Positions 52,038-64,000 of a DNA stretch of 64,000 nt are shown one piece after another (positions within the stretch are counted from its first letter, which is position 1; every line of letters begins with the position of its first letter). Source of the stretch: Eledone cirrhosa (taxonomy: Eukaryota); assembly GCA_964016885.1 (NCBI GenBank), contig OZ024763.1, positions 5,270,001 through 5,334,000 on the forward strand, given 5' to 3'. The position numbers and the translations under genes are program-made. The notes under the pieces were generated by a model. It made no database searches. It saw only the letters and a list, made by a program, of their open reading frames with translations, and was not told the DNA's origin.

Positions 52038-52185
52038 CGACAACTGGGACCGAGAACTACATCTATTGACGGTGTTCTCATGATCAATAGAGTGACTGAG
52101 AGTGATGCTGGTGAATATGTCTGCAATGCCTACTCAGACAATGGAGGAAGAGCCACAGAAACTGTCAAGTTGATAATAAACTCTG
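52038..52185 (+). CDS. HSPG2: Perlecan exon, Ig #10 C-half
   Basis: 148 nt; [49 protein letters not shown]. Confidence 0.9.
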
Positions 52186-52271
52186 GTAAGTGTATTTTTA
52201 AAAACTCTCGGGTCTCAAATAATCTCTCCCCCACTTATTAATTTCTCACAGATCCCTCCTCCACGCTCTTA

Positions 52272-52896
52272 TCTATATATATAAAACTGAGGATGTCTGT
52301 CTCTGTGTGTGTGTTTGAATCCCTAAAACTCGAGAAGTACCCAACCGATTTTTTTCAAACTTTACATGTGTATTACTTACATTTCAGGGAGTGTTATGCA
52401 CATAAACATTTTGATCCCCTAGGGCCCGCATTAGGTAAAAAAACTGCATTTTTCAGCTTTTTAGGGGTGTTTTGAGGCATTATGTCAGACCGATTTCCTT
52501 GAAATTGTAACTATGTATTAGTCAGTCTCTTCTTCATACCGTGAGCAAAGAAAATCCAACTTTTTTATGGCCTAGAGCCCACATTAGGTGAAAAATTTCA
52601 TTTTTTCAGATTTTTAGGGCTTTTTTGAGGCGTTACGTCTAACCAACTTTCCCGAAATTTCAAGGCATATTATGCACATAAAAAAAATCATTTTCTTGAT
52701 CCCCTAGGGCCCGCATTAGGTGAAAACCTGCGTTTTCCTGCTTCATCGAGGAATATCTTAGATTATCCAGCCATCAGAGTATTCGGTTTATTTTCTTTAC
52801 ATATTGTCCAGGCATGCAGTTCTTCCACGATTAGGTCTGTTGGCGGCCTGCGTTCCAAAATACTTTATCCCATGCAACGCCGGGTACCACTGCTAG
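52272..52896 (+). mobile_element. Non-autonomous Helitron-like element (similar 5' end at 58379)
   Basis: A|TCTATATATATATAAAA..gtctgt start; gcaacgccgggtaccactgCTAG|T end. Confidence 0.65.
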
Positions 52897-52992
52897 TATA
52901 TATATATATATATATATTTCATCGTATCAAGATCATCTAGATTCCTGAAACCTTTGGTAATGGAATAATTATATTGTGTTATATATATATAA

Positions 52993-53045
<53 letters not shown>

Positions 53046-54202
53046 CATATATAGTGATTGTGAGAACAATGTGGGTTTGCAGATGATCAATGCAAATTGA
53101 CAATGGAAAGGTGCTCCCATTCGAGTTAGAAGAGAACTATTGACCTTTAGGAGGAGCAGCGACCCCTGATTGTATTCAGCAACCCAAACAAATATGAAGT
53201 ACACCAAATCCAATGCTCCTAGGGGTGGACCTGGTTCTTCTTATTTGAGAATGTAAACTCGGCCAGATTAGATTATATATATCATCATCATCATCATCAA
53301 CGTTTAACGTCCGTGTTCCACGCTTGCATGGGTTTGGACGGGGGTATTCCCACTTGAGGCAAGAGTGATTGTCTTGCTCGCATAGGACTGTCTGGCAGGT
53401 TTTCTACAGTTGGATGCCCTTCCTAACACCAACCACATTTACAGTGTATATATATATATATAAGGTAAATTTCTTTAAGTCGTTTGGAAGCCTCGACAAT
53501 GCAGATGGGTAAATCTCCGGGTAACAAGATCCGGTAGTGGAGAGAGAGAGATGTAAGTGGGTGTACGTTGAGATGCGTGGCGTGTATAAGACGTGTAGAG
53601 GAATGAAGGAAAGAGTATAAAGGATAAAATAAAATAACAACACAAGAGAGAGTTACCTTGGGAGAGATTTAATTGTCCCTATATATTTCGGATTCACATC
53701 CATCAACTGGGGGTTTTTTCCGGGGTGGGGGAAAGGTTGTCTGTCGGAAAGGTGCGAAACGCGTCCTCCGCTGTTTGTTGTTTTGAATATCTGAGGTATT
53801 CAGCAGTGCGCGCGTGCGCGTGAAATGGGGTCGGTCGGGCAGAGGTCAGCGGCCGAAGTATATATATATAGTAATAATAATAAATTTGAAGACTAAAATC
53901 CAAAGAAGGCTCGATAAGGATAAATATATATCAAATATATAAGAACCCTAGAGCAAATATTTATTAAAACTAGTTTCAGAAGATCCCATTAATGGTGAAA
54001 GCAGCGATTCTTTGCTTAAACTTTAATCTGTTATTTTAATAAATATATATATATATATATATATAGAAGTATTAAGTTGTTAAACAATATTCAATGATTA
54101 TGTCAAAGAATGAGTTTTACAGTAGATTGGAAGCACTCAACGGAAAAATAATTTTCTTGATTAAATCTTAACCATTTAACATCTCAGGGTATGTCATGTA
54201 TC

Positions 54203-54265
54203 ATTATATTTTGTCTGATGAGGACGTACTGTTGTACATCCGAAATATGTATAATAAAATGTAAT
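54203..54265 (+). ncRNA. Minimal type I hammerhead ribozyme motif
   Basis: AUUAUAUUUUGU CUGAUGA GGACGUAC UGUU GUACAUCC GAAA UAUGUA UA AUAAAAUGUAAU; 12-bp stem I with GU wobbles. Confidence 0.8.
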
Positions 54266-54420
54266 TGATCAAAAGAACATCTATTTTATTAATACTTATA
54301 TTTTAACATATATATATTTGCAAGAGATGTCAACATGAATGGACCTGTTATTTTTATCTAAAGACATTTTTTCCAATTCCTACCCGCCCGTCCCCTCAAT
54401 CTATCTTATTTCTCATTCTT

Positions 54421-54456
54421 TCTTCTGATGAAGGACTAGCGTCCGAAACGTTAAGA
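54421..54456 (+). ncRNA. Minimal hammerhead ribozyme motif
   Basis: UCUU CUGAUGA AGGAC UAGC GUCC GAAACGUU AAGA; palindromic ACGU stem III. Confidence 0.65.
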
Positions 54457-54534
54457 CCCTCTTTCTGCTATATCAAGCGTTAACCTAATATATCTCTTCT
54501 CTATACTGTACCAATTGTGTTATTTCTGTTTAAC

Positions 54535-54615
<81 letters not shown>

Positions 54616-54723
54616 AATTTTGAAAATATGTTGGTTGTTTGCTGACAACTCAGTATGCAGATTGGAGTACTCGACGAAGTGCGCAGGTTGGTTTGGTTAC
54701 TCCAGAGTAATGTAAAATAAACT

Positions 54724-54872
54724 AAAATAAAAAAATAAGTCAAATATTTAAAATTTGGCTTCGTTTATTACTGCTATATATATTTCGGTGACAGCCATCT
54801 TTCGGATGTCACCGAAATATACATCGCAGTAATAAACGAAGCCAAATTTTAAATATTTGACTTATTTTTTTT
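54724..54872. mobile_element. Inverted-repeat insert with hammerhead-like stem II and GAAA
   Basis: aaataagtcaaatatttaaaatttggcttcgtttattactgc / gcagtaataaacgaagccaaattttaaatatttgacttattt. Confidence 0.5.
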
Positions 54873-54879
54873 TTTCGTT

Positions 54880-54923
<44 letters not shown>

Positions 54924-55106
54924 GACGTAAAATAAGAAAATTTTAAAAAGAATTTAAAAGATTAACTTACTTACTAAGATTTTCACTCCAACTAATTATA
55001 TATATGCTTTAATGAAATTGTGATAAGCTCTAGCTTGATAAACTTTATTTTCAAGCTTGGGACATGTTTTAAACTTAATTTTATAAATCCTTTCTGTCTG
55101 TTTCAG

Positions 55107-55247
55107 ATATTGGACCAACTACTGACCGTCCTGAAGGACCTTGTCGGTTCAATGAAGCCACTTGTAACAGTGGTCAGTGTATACGCAAAGATTATGTCTG
55201 TGATGGTGAAACTGATTGTAAGGATGGTTCCGATGAATTTAGCTGCA
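55107..55247 (+). CDS. HSPG2: Perlecan exon, conserved domain II LDLa
   Basis: 141 nt, phase 1-1; IGPTTDRPEGPCRFNEATCNSGQCIRKDYVCDGETDCKDGSDEFSC. Confidence 0.93.
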
Positions 55248-55453
55248 GTAAGTTATTTTAGAATTTCATTAAAATGTTTAAAATTTCTTTTAAAAAAATT
55301 CATTTATATATATGTATGTATGTGTATGTGTATATATATATGTGTATGTATATATATATGTATATATGTATATGTATGCATGTGTATGTATATATGTATA
55401 TATATAATTATATATATATATATATGTATGTATATGTTGTATATATGTATGTA

Positions 55454-55495
<42 letters not shown>

Positions 55496-55564
55496 TATAT
55501 ATGAGAGAGTAACATTAGCTATTCACTACTGTCTTTATATAAAACTATTCCCTCTTATCTTCAG

Positions 55565-55684
55565 GTCAACCCCTGCCATGTGAACCCAATGAATTCAAGT
55601 GTCGCAATGGCCACTGTGCCATGAAGATCTGGCGCTGTGATGGAGACAATGATTGTGGGGATGGTTCTGATGAAGAAAACTGCC
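55565..55684 (+). CDS. HSPG2: Perlecan exon, conserved domain II LDLa
   Basis: 120 nt; [39 protein letters not shown], close to the perlecan PCEPNEF..C.NGHCA.K.WRCDGD repeat. Confidence 0.95.
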
Positions 55685-55945
55685 GTAAGATGAACTTTTT
55701 TTATTATTTTAATAAGCGGTTGATTGCCAGTATCGGTAGAGGGTCGGACGCCATGCTTTGCAGCATAGAGTTACGGCCCTTTATGATCTGAGTTCAAATC
55801 CCACTGAGGTTAACTTTACCTTTCATCCTTACAGGGTCGATAAAATAAAGTACCAGTAATGTACTGGGTAATTGTTGGCCTTGTGCCAAAAGTAGAAACA
55901 ATTATTATTTTAATACATTTTTTTGCAACAATCGGACAAAATGTT

Positions 55946-57480
55946 TGGTAACGATGAGTCCCTTCCCAAACTGAGCTACATGTTATAAGCCATCAGACCC
56001 AGTAGCACATGTGGTAACGATGAATCCATTCCCAATCTGAGCCACATGTTATAAGCCGTCAGATCCAGTAGCACATGTGGTAACGATGAATCCCTTCCCA
56101 AACTGAGCTACATGTTATAAGCCATCAGACCCAGTAGCACATGTGGTAACGATGAATCCCTTCCCAAACTGAGCTACATGTTATAAGCCGTCAGAACCAG
56201 TAACTCATGTGGTAACGATGAATCCATTCCCAAACTGAGCCACATGTTATAAGCCATCAGACCCAGTAGCACATGTGGTAACGATGAATCCCTTCCCAAA
56301 CTGAGCCACATGTTATAAGCCGTCAGACCCAGTAGCACATGTGGTAACGATGAATCCCTTCCCAAACTGAGCTACATGTTATAAGCCGTCAGACCCAGTA
56401 GCACACGTGGTAACGATGGATCCCTTCCCAAACTGAGCTACATGTTATAAGCTGTCAGACCCAGTAGCACATGTGGTAACGATGGATCCCTTCCCAAACT
56501 GAGCTACATGTTATAAGCCGTCAGACCCAGTAGCACATGTGGTAACGATGGATCCCTTCCCAAACTGAGCTACATGTTATAAGCCGTCAGACCCAGTAGC
56601 ACATGTGGTAACGATGGATCCCTTCCCAAACTGAGCTACATGTTATAAGCCGTCAGACCCAGTAGCACATGTGGTAACGATGGATCCCTTCCCAAACTGA
56701 GCTACATGTTATAAGCCGTCAGACCCAGTATCACATGTGGTAACGATGGTTCCCTTCCCAAACTGAGCTACATGTTATAAGCCGTCAGACCCAGTAGCAC
56801 ATGTGGTAACGATGGATCCCTTCCCAAACTGAGCTACATGTTATAAGCCGTCAGACCCAGTAGCACATGTGGTAACGATGGATCCCTTCCCAAACTGAGC
56901 TACATGTTATAAGCCGTCAGATCCAGTAGCACATGTGGTAACGATGAATCCCTTCCCAAACTGAGCTACATGTTATAAACCGTCAGACCCAGTAGCACAT
57001 GTGGTAACGATGGATCCCTTCCCAAACTGAGCTACATGTTATAAGCCGTCAGACCCAGTAGCACATGTGGTAACGATGGATCCCTTCCCAAACTGAGCTA
57101 CATGTTATAAGCCGTCAGACCCAGTAGCACATGTGGTAACGATGGATCCCTTCCCAAACTGAGCCACATGTTATAAGCCGTCAGACCCAGTAGCACACGT
57201 GGTAACGATGGATCCCTTCCCAAACTGAGCTACATGTTATAAGCCATCAGACCCAGTAGCACATGTGGTAACGATGGATCCCTTCCCAAACTGAGCCACA
57301 TGTTATAAGCCGTCAGACCCAGTAGCACATGTGGTAACGATGGATCCCTTCCCAAACTGAGCTACATGTTATAAGCCGTCAGAACCAGTAGCACATGTGG
57401 TAACGATGGATCCCTTCCCAAACTGAGCTACATGTTATAAGCCGTCAGAACCAGTAACTCATGTGGTAACGATGACTCCC
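55946..57480. repeat. 66-bp minisatellite, about 23 copies
   Basis: ggtaacgatggatcccttcccaaactgagctacatgttataagccgtcagacccagtagcacatgt. Confidence 0.95.
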
Positions 57481-57500
57481 TTAATTCCTTCTATCTACAG

Positions 57501-57632
57501 CTACTGGTCCTCCTGGGTCTACATGTGACATGGACGAATTCAAATGTATTGCAAGGAACCAGTGTATTCCGTCCAGCTACCAATGTGATGGCGAGAATGA
57601 TTGCTTGGACCGGTCCGATGAAATTGGCTGCA
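57501..57632 (+). CDS. HSPG2: Perlecan exon, conserved domain II LDLa
   Basis: 132 nt; [43 protein letters not shown]. Confidence 0.94.
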
Positions 57633-57958
57633 GTAAGTCCATTGATCTAATATTGATTGATTTATTTCATTATTTCAAGGTCAATAAAAAAAAAAGTGTG
57701 AATTTATTATTGGGTGTAAGGGAGGGGATGGTGAGGGGAGGGGATGGTGAGGGGAGGGGATGGTGAGGGGAGGGGATGGTGAGGGGAGGGATCAAATGTT
57801 TTCCCCTCTATTATCTCTTTATCATTCCCTCTTTTTCTCTCACTCTCTCAGTCACTCACTCTCTCTCAGTCACTCACTCTCTCTCTCGCTCTCTTTCACA
57901 TCTCTTACTCTCACCTTCTCTGGAAAAAAAATCAGCTGTGTCACACACACACACACAC

Positions 57959-58125
<167 letters not shown>

Positions 58126-58296
58126 TATAAATATATATACACATATATATATATATACACACACATATAAATATATATACACATATATATATATATACAC
58201 ACACATATAAATATATATACACATATATATATATATACACACACATATAAATATATACACACACATCTATATATATACACACATATATATATATAT

Positions 58297-58350
<54 letters not shown>

Positions 58351-59289
58351 ATATATATATAATACATATATATAATAATCTATATGCATAAATGGCAATT
58401 TCTGTCTGTTTGTGAACCTAAAACTCAAAAACTACCAAACCGATCTTGATGAAACTTGACACGTGTGGGGGGCTCATGCCCATTTGATTTCTTACATATA
58501 TTTCATTTTAATCAAAGGGTTCCCCGGGGGCTCAAACCTCTGCTTAAAATTGTTTCCCTTCGATTTATATGAAATTTAAACCATGGGTAAATGACAAGGT
58601 ATGATGCCTATTCACAAAATTTCAGCAAATTTCAATAATAGTAAAACACCCTAATGGGGGTTAAACCCCCTGTAGTGAAAATTTTGGCCAAAATTTATGG
58701 TTTGGGAGTTAGACCCCCATAACCATATATATTCTGAAATTACATTGCCCAGAGTAATTGGATAAGTATATTTCATTTTATTCAAAGGTTTCTCCAGGGG
58801 CAAAAAACCCCCGCTGAAAACATTTTCCCTTCGATTTATATGAAATTTAAACCATAGGTAAAGGACAAGATATGATGCCTATTCACAAAATTTCAGCAAA
58901 TTCCGATAACATTAAGACACCCTAATGGGGGTTCTATCGTTTTCCTTATAGCAACACTCAACTTCTCTGACATGTTTTCGCCTGACCAATGCAATTAACA
59001 ATATTTGTTTGTATTACTGTTTCGTAAATTAATTTTTACCTCCTTGATTGTAACTTTATTATGTAAGAAGTGCCTGAAGGTAGCATGGCACTAGCTTCTA
59101 TGTTGCATTGCATAAACAATTGTCGTCCTCGAAATATGTATTACGGGCTGATCAATGAAGGGCTTTATCATCTTAACTTTGTATTTCCTTATATATATAT
59201 AATACAAATCACCTTTCTTTCTTTCTCTCTGACTCTCTCTCTCCTAATCACTCTCATTCTCTCTATTTGTCTATCATCGTTACCACCAG

Positions 59290-59577
59290 GTCCTCCAGTT
59301 ATTGTGTCACCTCCAATTAAGGACATCGAAGTTGAAATCGGAGGAACGTTCACAATAGTCTGCAAAGCTGTTGGAGTACCTGTACCCCTCATTATATGGC
59401 GTCTGAACTGGGGCAACATTCCCAAGGGAAGTCGTGTGGTCACCACCAGTCACAACGGTCATGGTGTCCTAACAATCTCTGATGCGAGACTAGAAGACGC
59501 TGGAGCGTACACATGTGAAGCTATGAACAACAGAGGAAGTATCTTTGCCTTACCTGATGCTATTGTCGTTGTTAGAA
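59290..59577 (+). CDS. HSPG2: Perlecan exon, conserved Ig1 domain
   Basis: 288 nt, phase 1-1; PPVIVSPP...CKAVGVPVPLIIWRLNWGNIP...GHGVLTISDARLEDAGAYTCEAMNNRGSIFALPDAIVVV. Confidence 0.95.
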
Positions 59578-59582
59578 GTAAG

Positions 59583-60276
59583 TATTGTATTTTATTATAT
59601 TATTCTATATTATATTATATATTATACTATATTGTGTTATATTATATTGTATTATATTATATTTTATTATATTATATTATATTGTATTATATTATATTGT
59701 ATTATATTATACTATACTATATTATACTATATTGTATTATATTATATTGTATTATATTATACTATACTATATTATATTATACTATATTGTATTATATTAT
59801 ATTGTATTATATTATATTATACTATACTATATTATATTATACTATATTGTATTATATTATATTGTATTATATTATACTGTACTATATTATATTATACTAT
59901 ATTGTATTGTATTGTATTGTATTATATTATACTATACTATATTATATTATACTATATTGTATTATATTATATTGTATTATATTATACTATACTATATTAT
60001 ATTATACTATATTGTATTATATTATATTGTATTATATTATACTATACTATATTATATTATACTATATTATATTATATTATATTGTATTATATTATACTAT
60101 ACTATATTATATTATACTATATTATATTATATTGTATTATATTATACTATACTATATTATATTATACTATATTGTATTATATTATATTGTATTATATTAT
60201 ACTATACTATATTATATTATACTGTATTATATTATATTATACTATATTGTATTATATTATATATATATATATATAT
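59583..60276. repeat. Pentamer (TATAT/TACTA/TATTG)n microsatellite
   Basis: Direct reading. Confidence 0.9.
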
Positions 60277-60478
60277 CACTGGTACCAAGCTTTGATGATC
60301 TTTAAATAGATGTATGATCTATCTTTGAGTAGATGGTTATCTGAAAGATGGGTGTCAGATGTTTGGTAGGGACACAATTTCACTGCTTGCCATAGGCACT
60401 ATTTTCCCTAGTTACACCTCAGCTCACATTCTCCCCCTTCTAATGTTTCCCTATTTTCTCTCCCTTATTCTCTTCCAG

Positions 60479-60603
60479 GACAGAAAGGTATTTGTGCCCC
60501 ACCTGTCTTTAATGACATTGCTGTTTCCAGGGAAGAATGTCTGAGTTGCTTCTGCTTCAAACGATCAATTCGATGCAACAGCAGTCACCTGAAAAAAGTC
60601 TGG
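60479..60603 (+). CDS. HSPG2: Perlecan exon, laminin EGF-like start of domain III
   Basis: 125 nt, phase 1-0; QKGICAPPVFNDIAVSREECLSCFCFKRSIRCNSSHLKKVW. Confidence 0.9.
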
Positions 60604-60711
60604 GTAAGTTTGTCATACCCCACCCCACCTGTGTAATGTCCAATCTAACTTTAACCCTTTTCCGACCATCTGGGTGTTTTGGCACCCCTCCTCCCCTGTT
60701 TAATGTCCTAG

Positions 60712-60898
60712 CTATCTTTAACCCTTTAGTAACCATCTAGGTAGCTATGTGATCCCACCCTGCCTATCTTTAACCCTTTAGTAACCATCTGGGTAGCTAT
60801 GTGATCCCACCCTGCCTATCTTTAACCCTTTAGTAACCATCTGGGTAGCTATGTGATCCCACCCTGCCTATCTTTAACCCTTTAGTAACCATCTAGGT
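60712..60898. repeat. 52-bp minisatellite, about 3.5 copies
   Basis: tctttaaccctttagtaaccatctgggtagctatgtgatcccaccctgccta. Confidence 0.85.
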
Positions 60899-61490
60899 AA
60901 GGGTGTTGTAACCCCCACCCCCGCACCTGTGTAATGTCCAATCTAACTTTAACCCTTTTCTGATCATCTTGGAAGTTGTGTGGTACCACCCTGTCTATCT
61001 TTGACCCTTTAGTAACCACCTGGGTAGCTGTTTGGTACCTCTGTATAATGTCCTATCTATTTTTAACCCTTTTCTGACCAACTTTCTCTCTCCCCACCAA
61101 AATATTCTAGCCTGGAGTCTAAATCAGAAACTATCATATTATGGCCCTTTATGTTCTGAGTTCAACTTTGCCTTTCATCCTTACGGGGCCGATAAAATAA
61201 AGCACCAGTAATACACTGGGATAATTGCTGGCCTTGTGCAAAAAATAGAAACATTATTGGTGGATTGGCAGTATCGGTAGAGGGTCGAACACCATGCTTT
61301 GCAGCATAGAGTTACGGCCCTTTATGATCTGAGTTCAAATCCCGGCGAGGTTAACTTTGCCTTTCATCCTTACGGGGGTCGATAAAATGAAGTACCAGTA
61401 ATGCACTGAGTAATTGCTGGCCTTGTGCCAAAAGTATAAACAATTATTATTGTTGTTGCTGTTGTTATATGTTTGACATTTCTACTTCAG

Positions 61491-61670
61491 ATCACCATGG
61501 GCAGCACCTTGAAATTGGTGAAACGTCGCGGAGATACAATCCCAGAAGAGGTCACTGACACCCTGGTAAAATATGACGTCAACAAACGAGAATTTAGCAT
61601 CCCTAGCACCAGATTTATTCCATCTGGAGTTTATTACTTCAGTCTCCCACGTCAATATTTGGGAAATAAG
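61491..61670 (+). CDS. HSPG2: Perlecan exon, laminin IV (L4) domain
   Basis: 180 nt, phase 0-0; ITMGSTLKLVKRRGD...GVYYFSLPRQYLGNK. Confidence 0.92.
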
Positions 61671-61751
61671 GTAAAATCAATACTTACAGTTTCAACTCTT
61701 GTGTGATTAATGTCGCTTTCTTTCATTTTTTAAAAGATAAATATAAACACT

Positions 61752-62421
61752 TTAACCTCTTCAGTGCCGTAGACGAGATAACTTGTCCTAACATATTTGA
61801 ACTCGTTTCCAACAGTTCATAACTTCAAAGTTATGAACTCCTTTCCAACAGTTCATAACTTCAAAGTTATGAACTCTTTTCCAACAGTTCATAACTTCAA
61901 AGTTATGAACTCCTTTCCAACAGTTCATAACTTCAAAGTTATGAACTCTTTTCCAACAGATCATAACTTCAAAGTTATTAACTCCTTTCCAACAGTTCAT
62001 AACTTCAAAGTTATGAACTCTTTTCCAACAGTTCATAACTTCAAAGTTATGAACTCCTTTCCAACAGTTCATAACTTCAAAGTTATGAACTCGTTTCCAA
62101 CAGTTCATAACTTCAAAGTTATGAACTCCTTTCCAACAGTTCATAACTTCAAAGTTATGAACTCGTTTCCAACAGTTCATAACTTCAAAGTTATGAACTC
62201 CTTTCCAACAGTTCATAACTTCAAAGTTATGAACTCCTTTCCAACAGTTCATAACTTCAAAGCTAGATGGGGTTACTAGTTTATTGATGTGACGTTTGTC
62301 AATCATTCAGTTATATGTTGTTAATAAATGTTTGTTTGAAAAAAATAGTCATTTTACTGAAAAAAAACTCAGACACAGCAACTGTAGCTGTGTAAAATAT
62401 ACCCGGCAGTCAACAGGTTAA
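61752..62421. mobile_element. TTAA-flanked MITE containing a 33-bp tandem array (61799-62262); unexpanded copy at 62727-62957
   Basis: ttaacctcttcagtgcc / ggcagtcaacaggttaa imperfect TIRs; unit gaactcctttccaacagttcataacttcaaagttat. Confidence 0.7.
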
Positions 62422-62515
62422 ACATCTTTGTATCGTAGAACCAAGGATGGTTTCAGCCATTTTGGTTTTAAAGGAATTATATTATACAATTTAATTTAAT
62501 TTTTTCCAATTCCAG

Positions 62516-62608
62516 TTGACCAGTTATGGTGGTGAATTGCAATATAAAATGTATTTTGAAAGAAGTGGACGTCCATCTAAGATTGAGGAACCAGATGTCA
62601 TCTTAATG
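62516..62608 (+). CDS. HSPG2: Perlecan exon, laminin IV (L4) domain
   Basis: 93 nt; LTSYGGELQYKMYFERSGRPSKIEEPDVILM. Confidence 0.92.
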
Positions 62609-63466
62609 GTAAACTATTTTATTGAATATAATAATGATGATAATAATAGAAATTATTGTGTACAGTGCTCAGGTGCACTACAACTCCTCAAAGGTGCATG
62701 TATAGTACATAGAAAAATGAGTAGTTTTAACCTCTTCAGTGTCGTAGACAAGATAACTTGTCCTAACATGTTTCAACTCGTTTCCAACAGTTCATAACTT
62801 CAAAGCTAGATGGGGTTACTAGTTTATTGGTGTGGTGTTTGTCAATCATTCAGATTTGTGTTAAATGTTTGTTTAAAAAAATAGTCATTTTACTGAAAAA
62901 AGCCCCAGACACAGCAACTGTAGCTGTGTAAAATACATGAGGCTGTCAACAGGTTAACATTATGAAATAAATATTCTACACATATCCTGTTTAACCCTTT
63001 AACATTTACATTACTCTATATATATACTATTATATTTTCACGGTAAAGTCTTTACCTCACATAATTATCTCACATAATATCAAATCTATGAGATTTTGAT
63101 ATTATTTATTTTAAGAACAATACCTTAACATCAGTATGAGTGGCCAGTTACTGCTGGTTTGAACAGAAAGAGGCTTTACCTTACATAATATCTTACATAA
63201 TATTGAATGTACGAGATTTTGATGGCATTTATTTTGAGAAAATACCTTAACATCAGTTTAAGCAGCCATTTATGGCTAGTTTGAACTGAAAGAGGTGTGA
63301 GAATTCTGGCCGGATTTGGCCGGTTTAAATGCTAAATGGTTAAACCCACCATTAATATATTTCTAATGGAAGCACATGACTTAGTGATAAGAGTGTTGGA
63401 CTTCAGATCATAATATCACGGGTTCAATTCCAAAACGTGGTTAATATTATATTATTTCCTTTTTAG

Positions 63467-63550
63467 GGCAATGGTATCACACTTTACTACAGAGTCACAA
63501 AGAATCTCAACCCAGGACGTGACAACTCAATCACAGTACCAATGAGACAG
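63467..63550 (+). CDS. HSPG2: Perlecan exon, laminin IV (L4) domain
   Basis: 84 nt; GNGITLYYRVTKNLNPGRDNSITVPMRQ, ttag|...|gtttgt. Confidence 0.88.
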
Positions 63551-64000
63551 GTTTGTATTTTATTTTATATACATATATATATATATTTATATACATATAT
63601 ACATATACATATATGGAGGCACATGGCTTAGTGGTTAGAGCATTGGCCTTGCAATCGAAAGGTTGTGAGTTCAATTCTCAGACCAGGTGATGTGTTGTTT
63701 CCTTGAGCAAGACACTTTATTTCACATTGCTCCAGTTTACTCAGCTGTAGAAATGAGATGATAGGGACTGGGGTCCATATAATTCCACTGCAAAGTGGTC
63801 ATGGAGGTGCCACGGCAAAAAAAAACACCCAGCACTCACTGTAAATGAGGTTGGTGTTAGGAAGGGCATCCAGCTGTAGAAATCAAGCCAGAATCAGTTC
63901 CCGTCCCACCCTTGCAATACAATGTACATATAGTGTATATATATAGTGTAAATATATAGTGTATATATATGGTATATATACTGTATATATATATATAGTG

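Noticed and set aside
55946-57480. Regular repeats resembling CRISPR arrays (also 12405-13494 and 61799-62262)
   Set aside because: Head-to-tail units with no unique spacers, in eukaryotic introns, with no cas genes

Overview
AT-rich, microsatellite-dense animal genomic DNA, most likely a coleoid cephalopod such as Octopus (inferred from the SINE families, the 5S sequence and the repeat landscape, not proven). The whole window lies inside one + strand gene, a perlecan/HSPG2 (trol/unc-52) orthologue. I read 37 coding exons with canonical AG/GT ends and compatible phases: 9 LDLa exons, 10 Ig domains each split into a 125-nt and a 145/148-nt exon, 3 conserved LDLa exons, the conserved Ig1 exon, then the start of domain III (laminin EGF-like plus laminin IV). 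Both gene ends lie outside the window. Almost all ORFs in the supplied track are microsatellite artefacts. The introns hold tRNA-derived SINEs, RTE and R4/Dong LINE fragments, Helitron-like and TTAA MITE-like elements, and many minisatellites. Main observations: (1) many short inserts in (TA)n tracts carry full or partial hammerhead-ribozyme motifs, often as long inverted repeats, resembling Penelope-like pLTR remnants; (2) a very recent tandem duplication of one Ig exon pair gives filled-versus-empty site comparisons for these inserts; (3) the Ig block is built from two alternating, phase-interchangeable Ig types; (4) two 5'-truncated 5S rRNA copies are fused to (TA)n; (5) two opposite-orientation LINE-derived 123-bp arrays flank three LDLa exons. 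All coordinates were read by eye; repeat boundaries are approximate.
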